This document shows positions 10,220-19,733 of a stretch of DNA of 64,000 bases, one piece after another. Numbering within the stretch: position 1 is the stretch's first letter; each line of letters starts with the position of its first letter. The notes below the pieces were generated by a model, which ran no database searches, was not told where the DNA came from, and worked only from the letters and a program-made list of their open reading frames with translations. The DNA is from an uncultured Phycisphaerales bacterium (GTDB lineage Bacteria > Planctomycetota > Phycisphaerae > Sedimentisphaerales > Anaerobacaceae). A program made the position numbers and the translations under genes. The stretch covers positions 2,176,001 to 2,240,000 of the forward strand of contig OY970359.1 of the NCBI GenBank assembly GCA_963718665.1, written 5' to 3'.

Positions 10220-10248
10220 TTGACACTTCGCGGCTCCCGATTTAAGCT
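10220..10248 (+). promoter_or_regulatory. sigma70 promoter for hldD
   Basis: TTGACA-N17-TAAGCT. Confidence 0.6.
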
Positions 10249-10291
10249 TATCTGCCTGAGAACCATTAGTTAAACTGGAAAGGGATTGCCA

Positions 10292-11269
10292 ATGATAATC
10301 GTAACCGGCGGGGCGGGCTTTATCGGTTCAGCGTTAATCGCGGCTTTGAATAAACGCGGCATCGACGACATCCTCGTTGTTGACCGGCTCGGTAGCGACC
10401 AGCGGTGGAAGAACCTCGTCAACCTGCGCTTTGCCGACTACTTGGATAAAGACGAATTCTTCGAAATGGTAACCGAGGACGTTGTCAGCTTCTCCGCGGA
10501 CGCTGTTTTTCACCTCGGCGCCTGCTCATCGACCACCGAGACAGACGCATCATTCTTTATGGAGAACAATTTCGAATACACCAAGCAACTTGCCCAGTGG
10601 ACTACCGAAGAGGGAATTCGATTCATTTACGCCTCCAGCGCCGCCACATACGGCGACGGCGAAAACGGTTTTGCCGACGACGAAGATAAAATCGAAACGC
10701 TTAAACCCCTCAACCCTTATGGCTATTCGAAGCAGTTATTTGACCTCTGGGCAAAGAGGAACGGGCTGCTTGGAAGAATCGTGGGGCTAAAATACTTCAA
10801 CGTCTTCGGGCCAAACGAATATCACAAGGCCGATATGCGTAGTTTTGTTCTAAAGGCCTTCGAGCAGATAAACGCTACCGGCAAAGTGCGTCTCTTCAAA
10901 TCTCACAGGCCCGATTACAAGGACGGCGAGCAGAAACGCGACTTCCTCTACGTCAAAGACGCGGTTGATATGACGCTTTTCTTTTATGATAACCCTGACA
11001 CATTCGGCATATACAATCTTGGCGCAGGTGTCGCTCGTTCCTGGAATGATTTGGCAAAGGCAGTGTTTGCTGCAATGGGCAAATCGCCGAATATCGAATA
11101 TATCGATATGCCCGACTCGGTCCGCAATCAGTACCAGTATTTCACAGAAGCCGACATTACAAAGCTCCGCAACATCGGCTACGAAAAAGAAATCACCTCT
11201 TTTGAAGAATCCGTTAGGGATTATGTTACACAATATCTTGCGCAGGGCGCATACCTGAGCGGGACGTAA
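10292..11269 (+). CDS. hldD: ADP-L-glycero-D-manno-heptose 6-epimerase
   Basis: MIIVTGGAGFIGS, GACSSTTE, YASSAATYG, YGYSK, YFNVFGPNEYHK. Confidence 0.93.
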   Translation: MIIVTGGAGFIGSALIAALNKRGIDDILVVDRLGSDQRWKNLVNLRFADYLDKDEFFEMVTEDVVSFSADAVFHLGACSSTTETDASFFMENNFEYTKQLAQWTTEEGIRFIYASSAATYGDGENGFADDEDKIETLKPLNPYGYSKQLFDLWAKRNGLLGRIVGLKYFNVFGPNEYHKADMRSFVLKAFEQINATGKVRLFKSHRPDYKDGEQKRDFLYVKDAVDMTLFFYDNPDTFGIYNLGAGVARSWNDLAKAVFAAMGKSPNIEYIDMPDSVRNQYQYFTEADITKLRNIGYEKEITSFEESVRDYVTQYLAQGAYLSGT

Positions 11270-11421
11270 ATTATATGCCGTTTACGCCGTATTATTTTTT
11301 AAGTTAGTTCGGGCATTGTGAGTCGGCTGGCGTTGTGATTTAGAACAGATTCTGGTAGAATATAAGAGATAATTGGCAGTCATATTAATATTCAAAGGCC
11401 AATAATAAATTGGAAATAGTT

Positions 11422-12414
11422 ATGGCTTTTCCCAATAACAGGATGCGTCGGCTGAGAACAATGGATTCAATGCGTCGGCTGGTTCGCGAAACAACCGTCG
11501 CCGTCGATAATCTCGTTTATCCGCTTTTTGTCCGCAAAGGCAATCGTCTCAAAGAGCCAATCGAGTCAATGGCCGATTGTTTTCACTTCTCGCCCGATAC
11601 TATTGTCAAAGAAGCCGAAGGAGTCGCCAAGCTCTGCATCCCTGCGATTTTGCTTTTCGGCTTGCCTGATAAAAAAGACAAAACCGGCTCCGAGGCCTGG
11701 TCGGAAGATGGCGCGGTGCAGTCGGCTATTCGCCAAATCAAAAAAGCCGTCCCCCAACTCGTTGTCATTACCGATGTCTGCCTGTGTGCCTACACAAACA
11801 CCGGCCATTGCGGCGTTATAAAAGATGGTAAGGTCGATAACGATTCGACAATAGAATTGCTCGCCAAAGTTGCGTTATCACATGCGCAGGCCGGAGCGGA
11901 TATGGTTGCCCCTTCGGATATGATGGATGGCCGGGTCAGGGCGATTCGCGATTGTCTCGAAAAAAACGGCTTTCCCGATGTCGCGATTATGTCTTACGCC
12001 GCAAAATTCGCCTCCGCTTTTTACGGCCCGTTCAGGGATGCCGCCGAATCCGCCCCCGATGTTTCAACAGGTCTTACTGATAGAAAGACCTACCAGATGG
12101 ACCCCGCAAATGCCCGCCAGGCCCTTGCCGAGATTGCTCTCGATATCGAAGAAGGCGCAGACATTGTTATGGTCAAGCCCGCCTTGCCGTATCTCGATAT
12201 AATTTACCGTGCCCGTCAGCGTTTCGATTGCCCAATCGCCGCCTACAACGTTTCAGGCGAATACATGATGATTCACGCCTCCGCTTCCGCCGGCCACATC
12301 GATAAAGGTGCCGCGATAATAGAATCCCTGACGAGCATCAAACGTGCCGGCGCGGACATCATTATTACCTATTTTGCCAAACAGGCCGCGAAAATTTTAT
12401 CACTCCCACACTGA
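11422..12414 (+). CDS. hemB: Porphobilinogen synthase (Zn-type)
   Basis: [41 protein letters not shown]. Confidence 0.96.
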   Translation: MAFPNNRMRRLRTMDSMRRLVRETTVAVDNLVYPLFVRKGNRLKEPIESMADCFHFSPDTIVKEAEGVAKLCIPAILLFGLPDKKDKTGSEAWSEDGAVQSAIRQIKKAVPQLVVITDVCLCAYTNTGHCGVIKDGKVDNDSTIELLAKVALSHAQAGADMVAPSDMMDGRVRAIRDCLEKNGFPDVAIMSYAAKFASAFYGPFRDAAESAPDVSTGLTDRKTYQMDPANARQALAEIALDIEEGADIVMVKPALPYLDIIYRARQRFDCPIAAYNVSGEYMMIHASASAGHIDKGAAIIESLTSIKRAGADIIITYFAKQAAKILSLPH

Positions 12415-12422
12415 TAAATCGT

Positions 12423-14576
12423 TCAGCCCGCCTTTTTGCCCGTAACCACCTGAGAACCCCTTGGGTTCTTCAACTCTCCGGTAAGTTTCGAGCCGTCCAG
12501 TTTGCCTTCGAAGTCCATCTCGAATCTCATCCTGCCGAATTCAGGCGCAATCTTGAAAGTAACTTTATCACCTTCGAGAGTAATCTTATCGATAGACGTA
12601 ACGCCGTACATGCCGCTCATATCCGGGTTGACCTTCAGTCGTTGCTTGGAATTACCCCACGGGGCGGTGACGTCGATAATCCAGGTGCCGATAAGTTCCT
12701 CGCCGATTCGTTTACCTACAGCCGGCATTTCGTTGCCTTCCGCCTTACACACGCCCACAAGCGTATCCGTATTCGGCTCGACAGTTCCCTCAAAGCTGCA
12801 TACATTCTCGGCGTCCTGAACTTTGGTGGTGCTCTTGAAGGTCAGCTTATTTGCTTCGCATTTTACGTCCGTAATCTTACGGTCACCCTCTATTTTTTGC
12901 CATTCAGCGGATAACGAGCCGTCTTTGGCTGCGTTAATATCGAGTATCGCGGAGGTTTCACCGCCTGTTGTCTTGAACTTCATATCCCACATTCCGACTG
13001 CTAAAGGCATCATTGGCCTGCGGGCGCCTTCCATTTTGGATTTCATTCCGCCGTGGGTCAGTGTGCCCGTAAGCTTGTTGCCTTCAATTGTGCCGGTAAA
13101 ATATCCCTTGAAGGTCTCTTTGGGGAATTGGACGGTTTGTGTGAAAGTAACCGCATTGTCCTTAAATCTTACATCTTCCAGTTCGGTGAAACCTCTGGAA
13201 TTTATCCACTGCCCGATTAACTTACCTTCACTGTTTCCGGCAAAAGATATGATTGAGCTGCTGCCCATCCGGTCGCACGGGTCGGCCTTAATAAGCCAGT
13301 CGCCGTATAATTCCTTTCCGCCAATACGTGCCGATTCCGGCAGCGTAGAAGCCAATGCCTGAGCAAGTTTGGTGAGGTCTGGCGGCGTATATTTGGGCAA
13401 TTTGCCGGTAACAAGCAGTTCCTTCACATAAACGCCAAAATCCGGCGTCGGCATATAATTCCAGTCCGATATCAATGTCGGCCCCGCCGTTGTATGTAAG
13501 TCCCATGCCGTGAACGACCAGTTATGGTCTTGGACTGCCTGAAGCAGGTGGAGCAGCCAGTCATCACCCATAGCGGTCGAAGGACTTTGTCCCCACCATC
13601 CCGCTCTTCTGTTCGGGCCGCCGGAGCCGCCGAATTCGGAGATGATAACGGGGAATTTGGCGGTGGCCTCTTCCATGTTGGTTATCCAGGTAAATATGCT
13701 CTGGCTCTTGTTGTCGTAAACGTGATTGGCGTAGATAACACCGTTTCCTTTCGGGTCCTTAAGCTGTTTGCCCGCGAGGATGCCGTTGAAATCGAATGCC
13801 CAATCCAGGCCGCCCGCGACAATGACATTTTTAGCACCGGCAGCTCGTATGGTATCCAGCATTTCCTGCATTCCCACGGCTTCGTATTTTTTGGCCTGCA
13901 TTCCGGGTCTGTTAGGTCGGCTCGTAACCGTTCCGCCGTTTAGCCAGACATCCCAGGTAACATCATGCGGCTCATTGTAAAGGTCAAAAAGAACCGAAGG
14001 ATTATTCGCATAGAGGGAAGCAATATCTTTCCAGAATATTAAGCTGTTGCGGTCCGGCATCGATTGCTGGCCGATATTCTTGCCCCATTCGTTGGCGTCC
14101 GACCAGTGCAAATCCAGAAGGATATAGCAGCCCTTAGAATTGCAGAGGTCAACCGCTTCCTTGACCAGGGCACGATATGGTTTGTAGTCGTCATTCTGGT
14201 CTGGAGCTTTGCCGAACCAGCGGTCTTGCGACAACGGCAGGCGAATGATATTGACGTGCCAGTCATCGATTGCCACTCGTATTGTCTCAATGATATGGCC
14301 ATCGCCATCGCTGGTGAATTCGAGGCCGGACGTGTTTACGCCTCGAAGTGTAACGGGCTGGTCTTTGCCGTTGAGGATTTGATTTCCTTTTATCTTCAGA
14401 GGCAATGGCATTCCCGCTTTGGTCTGGGAGGATGAGGATTTGGCCTGCCCTGAGCTTGCCGAAGTGGCCTTGCTATCAGTGCTGTTTTCTTTACTTGCAC
14501 CGTCAGCGGCAGCTACAGCTAAAAACAGTACGGCCAAAGCTAACACCATTGATTTGAACACTATCCTCAATCGCAT
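12423..14576 (-). CDS. Secreted GH5 (cellulase-family) glycoside hydrolase with repeated C-terminal beta-domains
   Basis: Signal peptide; LRGVN, IIRLP, LDLH, LYNEP (acid/base) and IISEFG (nucleophile) motifs. Confidence 0.88.
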   Translation of the reverse strand: MRLRIVFKSMVLALAVLFLAVAAADGASKENSTDSKATSASSGQAKSSSSQTKAGMPLPLKIKGNQILNGKDQPVTLRGVNTSGLEFTSDGDGHIIETIRVAIDDWHVNIIRLPLSQDRWFGKAPDQNDDYKPYRALVKEAVDLCNSKGCYILLDLHWSDANEWGKNIGQQSMPDRNSLIFWKDIASLYANNPSVLFDLYNEPHDVTWDVWLNGGTVTSRPNRPGMQAKKYEAVGMQEMLDTIRAAGAKNVIVAGGLDWAFDFNGILAGKQLKDPKGNGVIYANHVYDNKSQSIFTWITNMEEATAKFPVIISEFGGSGGPNRRAGWWGQSPSTAMGDDWLLHLLQAVQDHNWSFTAWDLHTTAGPTLISDWNYMPTPDFGVYVKELLVTGKLPKYTPPDLTKLAQALASTLPESARIGGKELYGDWLIKADPCDRMGSSSIISFAGNSEGKLIGQWINSRGFTELEDVRFKDNAVTFTQTVQFPKETFKGYFTGTIEGNKLTGTLTHGGMKSKMEGARRPMMPLAVGMWDMKFKTTGGETSAILDINAAKDGSLSAEWQKIEGDRKITDVKCEANKLTFKSTTKVQDAENVCSFEGTVEPNTDTLVGVCKAEGNEMPAVGKRIGEELIGTWIIDVTAPWGNSKQRLKVNPDMSGMYGVTSIDKITLEGDKVTFKIAPEFGRMRFEMDFEGKLDGSKLTGELKNPRGSQVVTGKKAG

Positions 14577-14845
14577 TTTGGGTCTCCTTATTTTAGTGTC
14601 TTTTGCCCTGCGTCTTGTGTTTTTTGTCTTATATCCTAAACTTCGACGTAATCATACCGTCTTTTATTGCGGCTGTCTCTATAATTGTAGCGTACAACAT
14701 ACAACGTGTAAGCCCTGTCTCGCGGAGGTCTGTTTCGTCCGCGAGGCGAGTGGGGGTGAGTTTGAGGAGTCAGGCGAGGAGACGCTGATTAATTTTGATA
14801 TTCTTCTGCGGCCGGTTGATAGTTGAGCAGTGGAAAGTTGACCGC

Positions 14846-14880
14846 CCCCGTTGCTGTCTTGCGACAGCAAGGCACGGGGG
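14846..14880. repeat. REP-like palindrome downstream of the tRNA
   Basis: CCCCG-TTGCTGTC-ttgc-GACAGCAA-ggca-CGGGG. Confidence 0.55.
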
Positions 14881-14902
14881 ATCTGTTTTGCCAAAGGCAA
14901 AA

Positions 14903-14992
14903 CGGAGAGGCCGGGATTCGAACCCGGGGAACGGGTTTACCCCGTTCGACGGTTTAGCAAACCGTTACCTTCAGCCACTCGGTCACCTCTCC
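14903..14992 (-). tRNA. tRNA-Ser(GCT)
   Basis: GGAGAGG acceptor stem, anticodon arm ACGGT-TTGCTAA-ACCGT, long variable arm, GGTTCGAATCC T-loop; CCA is not encoded. Confidence 0.96.
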
Positions 14993-15005
14993 GAGACAGC
15001 AAATT

Positions 15006-15034
15006 AGTTTAGTGATTGAACCGATTTAATGCAA
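15006..15034 (-). promoter_or_regulatory. sigma70 promoter of tRNA-Ser
   Basis: TTGCAT-N17-TAAACT on the minus strand. Confidence 0.6.
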
Positions 15035-15414
15035 GCACATAAAAAGAACCGGCCGGCGACAAAATTGCCGGCTGTTTTGTTTGTGAGCTTGTGTATCTGG
15101 GCCGGTTGTTCTGTTAAGAACCTTGTAATGATGGATAAAACTCATTGGCAATAATCACACTTGCTGTAATTTCAAGACGGTTGCGGGCAGCCGATTTGGT
15201 GTAAACCGGGAATAGTCGTCGTACCTGTTTTTTCATCGGATCGGAAATGCAGGATACAAAAGTGTTGCTAATTCTATAAACATAAGTTATACTCATAGCG
15301 CATTATTGTAGAAAAATAGTTCAAAAACCGCTTAATAGCGTTATAAGGGGTTGTGGAAAAGCAAAAACCGGGAAAAATGTGGTATAAGAAAAGCTAATAC
15401 ACAAGAAAAGCGTT

Positions 15415-15831
15415 ATGAATAATCGAACCTTAAAAATGTATGTTTTTTATTGCTCAAACAGTATCGAGCCGGAACAAATGGCCGGGGGCATCAGCAAACT
15501 GGATGGGGTTACAGTCAAGACGATAAGTTTGCCGTGTTCCGGGAAAATTGACATCCCATATTTGGTAAAAGCGTTTGAAACCGGCGCGGATGGTGCTGTA
15601 ATCGTTACCTGCAAACAAAATGAGTGTCAGCACCTGGAAGGGAATTTACGGGCCAATAAACGAGCCGAGGCCGTCGAGTCGCTGCTGGAAGAGATTGGAA
15701 TGGGTAAAGGGCGAATGGCGGTAATTGTGTTGAAGGAAGGCGGCGTCGAACAGGCCCTTGGCGAAATCAGGGATTTTATTGACAGGGTAAGAAATTTACC
15801 TCAGCCCCAAAAGAGCGCTACGCACGTATAA
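15415..15831 (+). CDS. mvhD: MvhD/FlpD-like [2Fe-2S] subunit (divergent copy)
   Basis: LPCSGKID, AFETGADG, CKQNECQHLEGN. Confidence 0.8.
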   Translation: MNNRTLKMYVFYCSNSIEPEQMAGGISKLDGVTVKTISLPCSGKIDIPYLVKAFETGADGAVIVTCKQNECQHLEGNLRANKRAEAVESLLEEIGMGKGRMAVIVLKEGGVEQALGEIRDFIDRVRNLPQPQKSATHV

Positions 15832-15850
15832 GAAGGAGAAGATAAGTTGT

Positions 15851-16756
15851 ATGAAAATCGACAGTAAACTCGCGAATACAATAGCGAAGGGGAATTTTAT
15901 AGTCACCGCGGAGATTTTGCCCGGTGCAGGCGGAGACGGTTCAGCAGCCGAAGCAGCATTGAAGGCGCTGGGCAAGGGGCTTGTGGCGATAAACGTGGCG
16001 GACAACTGCCATAATATAGGTATGTCTTCCATTGCGGCATCGGTCGCGGTGCTCAAATCAGGCGCCGAGCCGATTTGCCAGATTGTTACGCGAGACAGGA
16101 ATCGTATTGCGTTGCAATCCGATTTGTTAGGGGCGGCGTATTTAGGAATAAAGAACGTGCTTTGCCTGTCCGGTTATCATCAGACGCTGTCGGCGTGTCC
16201 GGAATCGGCAAACGTTTACGATATCGATTCCACCCAGTTCATAGAAATGGCGACGGATATGTCCGAGAAGGGCGTTCTTGCCGACGGCTCAAAGATTGAA
16301 GGGCAATTTTCAATGCTCATCGGGGCGGTTGCCAACCCGTTCCTGAAGCCGGTGGAATTAAATATGCTAAGGATGCAAAAGAAAGTCGAAGCCGGCGCAA
16401 GATTTATTCAGACCAGCGCCGTATTCGATATTGAGACATTTAGCCAGTGGTTAAACGCGGCGATAAGCGATGGAATCACCGCCAAGGCCGCAATTTTAGG
16501 CGGTGTTTTGCCTTTGGATTGTGCTGCTGAAGCGGAAAGATTACGGAATACATATACGGATTATTCAATTCCGGACAGTGTGATTGAGCGGCTCAAAAAA
16601 GCCGGCAACGAAGCGGCACAGAAGAAAGAAGGATTGAATATCTGCATCGAGACAATCGGGAAGCTTAAAAAAATGAAAGGCCTCAGAGGTATCCATATAT
16701 ATTGCGGCTGCAAAGGAAAAGTGTCGCCGGAAGTTGTCGCAGCGGCCTTGTCATAA
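15851..16756 (+). CDS. metF: MetF-family (methylene-THF reductase-like) flavoprotein with substituted active-site residues
   Basis: VTAE, TRDRNRIALQSDLLGA, NVYDIDS and KKVEAGA are present, but SGYH replaces SGDH and QTS replaces QTQ. Confidence 0.8.
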   Translation: MKIDSKLANTIAKGNFIVTAEILPGAGGDGSAAEAALKALGKGLVAINVADNCHNIGMSSIAASVAVLKSGAEPICQIVTRDRNRIALQSDLLGAAYLGIKNVLCLSGYHQTLSACPESANVYDIDSTQFIEMATDMSEKGVLADGSKIEGQFSMLIGAVANPFLKPVELNMLRMQKKVEAGARFIQTSAVFDIETFSQWLNAAISDGITAKAAILGGVLPLDCAAEAERLRNTYTDYSIPDSVIERLKKAGNEAAQKKEGLNICIETIGKLKKMKGLRGIHIYCGCKGKVSPEVVAAALS

Positions 16757-16768
16757 CGGGAATCGAAT

Positions 16769-18187
16769 ATGCCTGAAAAATATCACATTAAAACACAACC
16801 TGTGCCGCCCATAAGCCCGCGAATCGGCAAATACGGAATGGTCGATTGGCGGGAAGATTGCGCACGATGTCATAACTGCGTCAAAAAGGCCTGCGTTTAC
16901 GACCGTTACAGGCAGGAAGCGGATTATATTCGCAATCTCAGTGACGTGAACGCCCTGTTCTTCGATTGTATGGGATGTTTTTCGTGCGTCCAGGACTGCA
17001 CAAAGGGCCTTTTGTGTATGTCCATCAATCCCGAATACCAGAAAATGGGAAACAGCTACTGGACTCCCGATATTATCAAAACTACCTGGCTTCAGGCGGA
17101 GACGGCGAAGATTCCGGTTTCCGGCGCGGGTTATCGCGGGCCGTTTTCGGGCAAAGGATTCGATTCGATGTGGACGGACATGTCCGAAATCGTTCGCCCC
17201 ACACGCGACGGGATACACGGACGTGAATACATCAGCACCTCGGTCGATATCGGAAGGAAACTGCCTTATCTCGCTTTCGGTTCGACAAAGCTCACCGCAG
17301 GTAACGGTAACAAGACCGGCGCAAACGCTTCGCCGTTAGTTTCGATTCCGATGCCGATGATAATAGATATGACCTCGCCTGTGCATACTTTGCCGCAGCT
17401 TAATTCGGTTATTGCTCAGACGGCTGTAAACACCGACATAATAGCGATTATTGATTTGCGTCAGTGGCAGGGAAATGACAAACAGCTCAAGAACATAGCT
17501 TTTTATCTTGCTGATGGTCAGGATATCCCGAAAGACACCCTTAAGAAAACCCGGCTGGTGGAAATAGCCGACAGCGGCAAGGTGATAGAACGCATCAAAG
17601 AAATAAAAAAGATACATCCGGGGATAGTCATTGCAATAAGAGTTGAGTTGACGGCGGCAGGAGTCGAGCGTGCGATAAAGCTCGCTGAATCCAAAGAAGT
17701 TGAAGTAATACATATCGTGGCGGACGCGAATGGCAATGAGATTGGCGCAAGCAAGCCGCGATTCATAAAGGATATGACTCGCCAGATTCACACGACCCTG
17801 ATAGAAAAAGGATGCAGGGATGAGATTACGCTTATGGCCGGGGGCGGGATAGCGCTGCCGGAGCATATGGCGAAAGAGATTATATGCGGCGCGGACCTGA
17901 TAACCATCAATCTGCCGCTTCTTATATCGCTTGAATGTCATCTGTGTAATAGCTGTAAGCCGGGGATGATATGTCCGGCCAAGCTGGAAAAAATTGATAT
18001 TAATTACGGCGTCGGCCGAATGACCAATCTTATCGCTGCCTGGCATGACCAGTTGGTAGAGGTTATGGGCGCGATGGGAATGCGTGAGGTTCGTCGTCTT
18101 AGGGGCGACGTCGGCCGCGCGATGTTCTTCGAGAATCTTGAGGAGGAAACCTTTGGCAAGTTTTTCGGTTCCAGAAAAAACAATTAA
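16769..18187 (+). CDS. Glutamate synthase FMN-barrel-related subunit with N-terminal 2[4Fe-4S]; active site degenerate
   Basis: CARCHNC and CMGCFSC; GFDSMWTDMSEIVRPTRDGIHGRE; GGGI...GAD; CHLCNSC; no QGAKPG motif. Confidence 0.75.
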   Translation: MPEKYHIKTQPVPPISPRIGKYGMVDWREDCARCHNCVKKACVYDRYRQEADYIRNLSDVNALFFDCMGCFSCVQDCTKGLLCMSINPEYQKMGNSYWTPDIIKTTWLQAETAKIPVSGAGYRGPFSGKGFDSMWTDMSEIVRPTRDGIHGREYISTSVDIGRKLPYLAFGSTKLTAGNGNKTGANASPLVSIPMPMIIDMTSPVHTLPQLNSVIAQTAVNTDIIAIIDLRQWQGNDKQLKNIAFYLADGQDIPKDTLKKTRLVEIADSGKVIERIKEIKKIHPGIVIAIRVELTAAGVERAIKLAESKEVEVIHIVADANGNEIGASKPRFIKDMTRQIHTTLIEKGCRDEITLMAGGGIALPEHMAKEIICGADLITINLPLLISLECHLCNSCKPGMICPAKLEKIDINYGVGRMTNLIAAWHDQLVEVMGAMGMREVRRLRGDVGRAMFFENLEEETFGKFFGSRKNN

Positions 18188-19733
18188 AGATATCCTTCCT
18201 GAGAATACGCTCAAGACGCTTGTGCCGCAGGAAGAGGTGACGCGTGTCGTTAAGACGGCGCCGTCGCGCTATCGCAACGAGATTGCGAAGTTCATTGTCC
18301 ATCGCAACCTGAATTGCAAACGATGCGGTAAATGTGCCGAGGTCTGCCAGTACGGAGTTCACGTTTTAAAACCCGGCTACAAGTATTTTGCTGAGCCGAA
18401 GAACCATTTGTGTATTGGCCCATCCTGTGAAAAGACCGGCAATTTCTGCGTAGCGAAGTGTCCGCAGAAGGCATTACAACTCAAAGAAAACCCGCTGTTT
18501 AAGGCGCTGGGCGATTATCGCTGGCCCGGAGATTTAATTTTAGCGACGTGGAAAATGGCTGAAACAGGCGACGTCCCGCCTGCGGAATATGGTTACGAAT
18601 ACGAGTGCGGCAATTCAGGCGGCGGATTTGACCGACTCAGGTTCAAATTTCCCGATAAACCCCCGGTAAGAATCGACGCCGACAAGATAGACACAAGCAT
18701 ATCGCTCAATAAACGCGGCGATGGTAGGCCCGAAATCAAAATTGACGTCCCTTGGTACGGCGGCGGTATGTCATTCGGATCGGTCAGTAACGTAACCCAG
18801 TTATCAAAAGCCAGGGCCGCAAAGGCCTGGAACACCTTCACCTGCACGGGCGAAGGCGGATATATGGAGCGGATGAGGCCTTATGACGACCACGTGATTA
18901 CGCAGGTCGCAACGGGGCTTTTCGGCGTGCGTGAGGAGACGATTCAGCGTGTGCCGATAGTGGAATTCAAATATGCCCAGGGCGCAAAACCGGGTCTGGG
19001 CGGCCACCTGTTAGGCGACAAGAACACCCCGGCTGTGGCAAAGATGCGTGAGGCGGTTGTTGGTATATCGTTGTTTTCGCCTTTCCCGTTCCACAGCGTT
19101 TATTCCATCGAAGACCATCAAAAGCACCTTGACTGGATAAAGCATGTTAACAAGAGGGCTTTAATATCAACGAAGGTATCGACGCCGACGGATGTCGATA
19201 TGGTCGCGGTCGGAAGCTACTCGGCAGGGACCCATATCGTCCACATAGACGGCGGCTACGGCGGAACCGGCGCAGCGCCTGATATAGCGAAAAAGAATAT
19301 CGCGATGCCTATCGAATACGCTATCGGAAGGGTCCACAAGTTCCTGGCCGACGAGGGCGTTCGTGACAAAGTAACGCTTATCGCCAGCGGCGGAATACGC
19401 TCGGCGCACGACGTGGCCAAGGCCATTGCCCTCGGTGCTGACGGGGTCGTAATAGGGACAGTTGAATTAGTGGCTCTTGGATGTGTCCGGTGCAGCAGAT
19501 GCGAAAGCGGAAGGGGCTGTCCGCGCGGTATCGCTACAACCGACCCTGAGCTGGCGGCGAAAATGAATATCGATTGGGGTACACAGCGGATTATCAATCT
19601 CTATAACGCCTGGCGAAAAGTGCTTGTCGGAATACTTCAGCGTTTTGGTATGAAAAGCGTGACTGAATTACGCGGACGTACCGACTTGTTAATGCATCTT
19701 GATTACACCAATGATATGGGAGTCGAGAAATGA
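18153..19733 (+). CDS. Glutamate synthase FMN-binding catalytic subunit (GltB2/GlxD-like) with ferredoxin domain
   Basis: GMSFGS, CTGEGG, QVATGLFG, AQGAKPGLGGHL, DGGYGGTG, SGGIR, CVRCSRC...CP. Likely TTG start at 18153 after GAGGAGG. Confidence 0.88.
   Translation: MASFSVPEKTIKDILPENTLKTLVPQEEVTRVVKTAPSRYRNEIAKFIVHRNLNCKRCGKCAEVCQYGVHVLKPGYKYFAEPKNHLCIGPSCEKTGNFCVAKCPQKALQLKENPLFKALGDYRWPGDLILATWKMAETGDVPPAEYGYEYECGNSGGGFDRLRFKFPDKPPVRIDADKIDTSISLNKRGDGRPEIKIDVPWYGGGMSFGSVSNVTQLSKARAAKAWNTFTCTGEGGYMERMRPYDDHVITQVATGLFGVREETIQRVPIVEFKYAQGAKPGLGGHLLGDKNTPAVAKMREAVVGISLFSPFPFHSVYSIEDHQKHLDWIKHVNKRALISTKVSTPTDVDMVAVGSYSAGTHIVHIDGGYGGTGAAPDIAKKNIAMPIEYAIGRVHKFLADEGVRDKVTLIASGGIRSAHDVAKAIALGADGVVIGTVELVALGCVRCSRCESGRGCPRGIATTDPELAAKMNIDWGTQRIINLYNAWRKVLVGILQRFGMKSVTELRGRTDLLMHLDYTNDMGVEK

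Noticed and set aside
12058..12080. Short extra segment (DVSTGLT) in the HemB lid region
   Set aside because: It is not palindromic and falls within plausible loop variation.
14903..14992. Integrated element at tRNA-Ser
   Set aside because: There is no integrase and no duplicate of its 3' end in the window.
15230..15414. NrpR, sigma54 or riboswitch control of the Hdr/glutamate synthase operon
   Set aside because: No convincing GGAA-N6-TTCC, -24/-12 or SAM/THF riboswitch pattern was visible.
18084..18187. Programmed frameshift fusing the two GltB-like genes
   Set aside because: A TTG start at 18153 with a strong GAGGAGG RBS explains the overlap.
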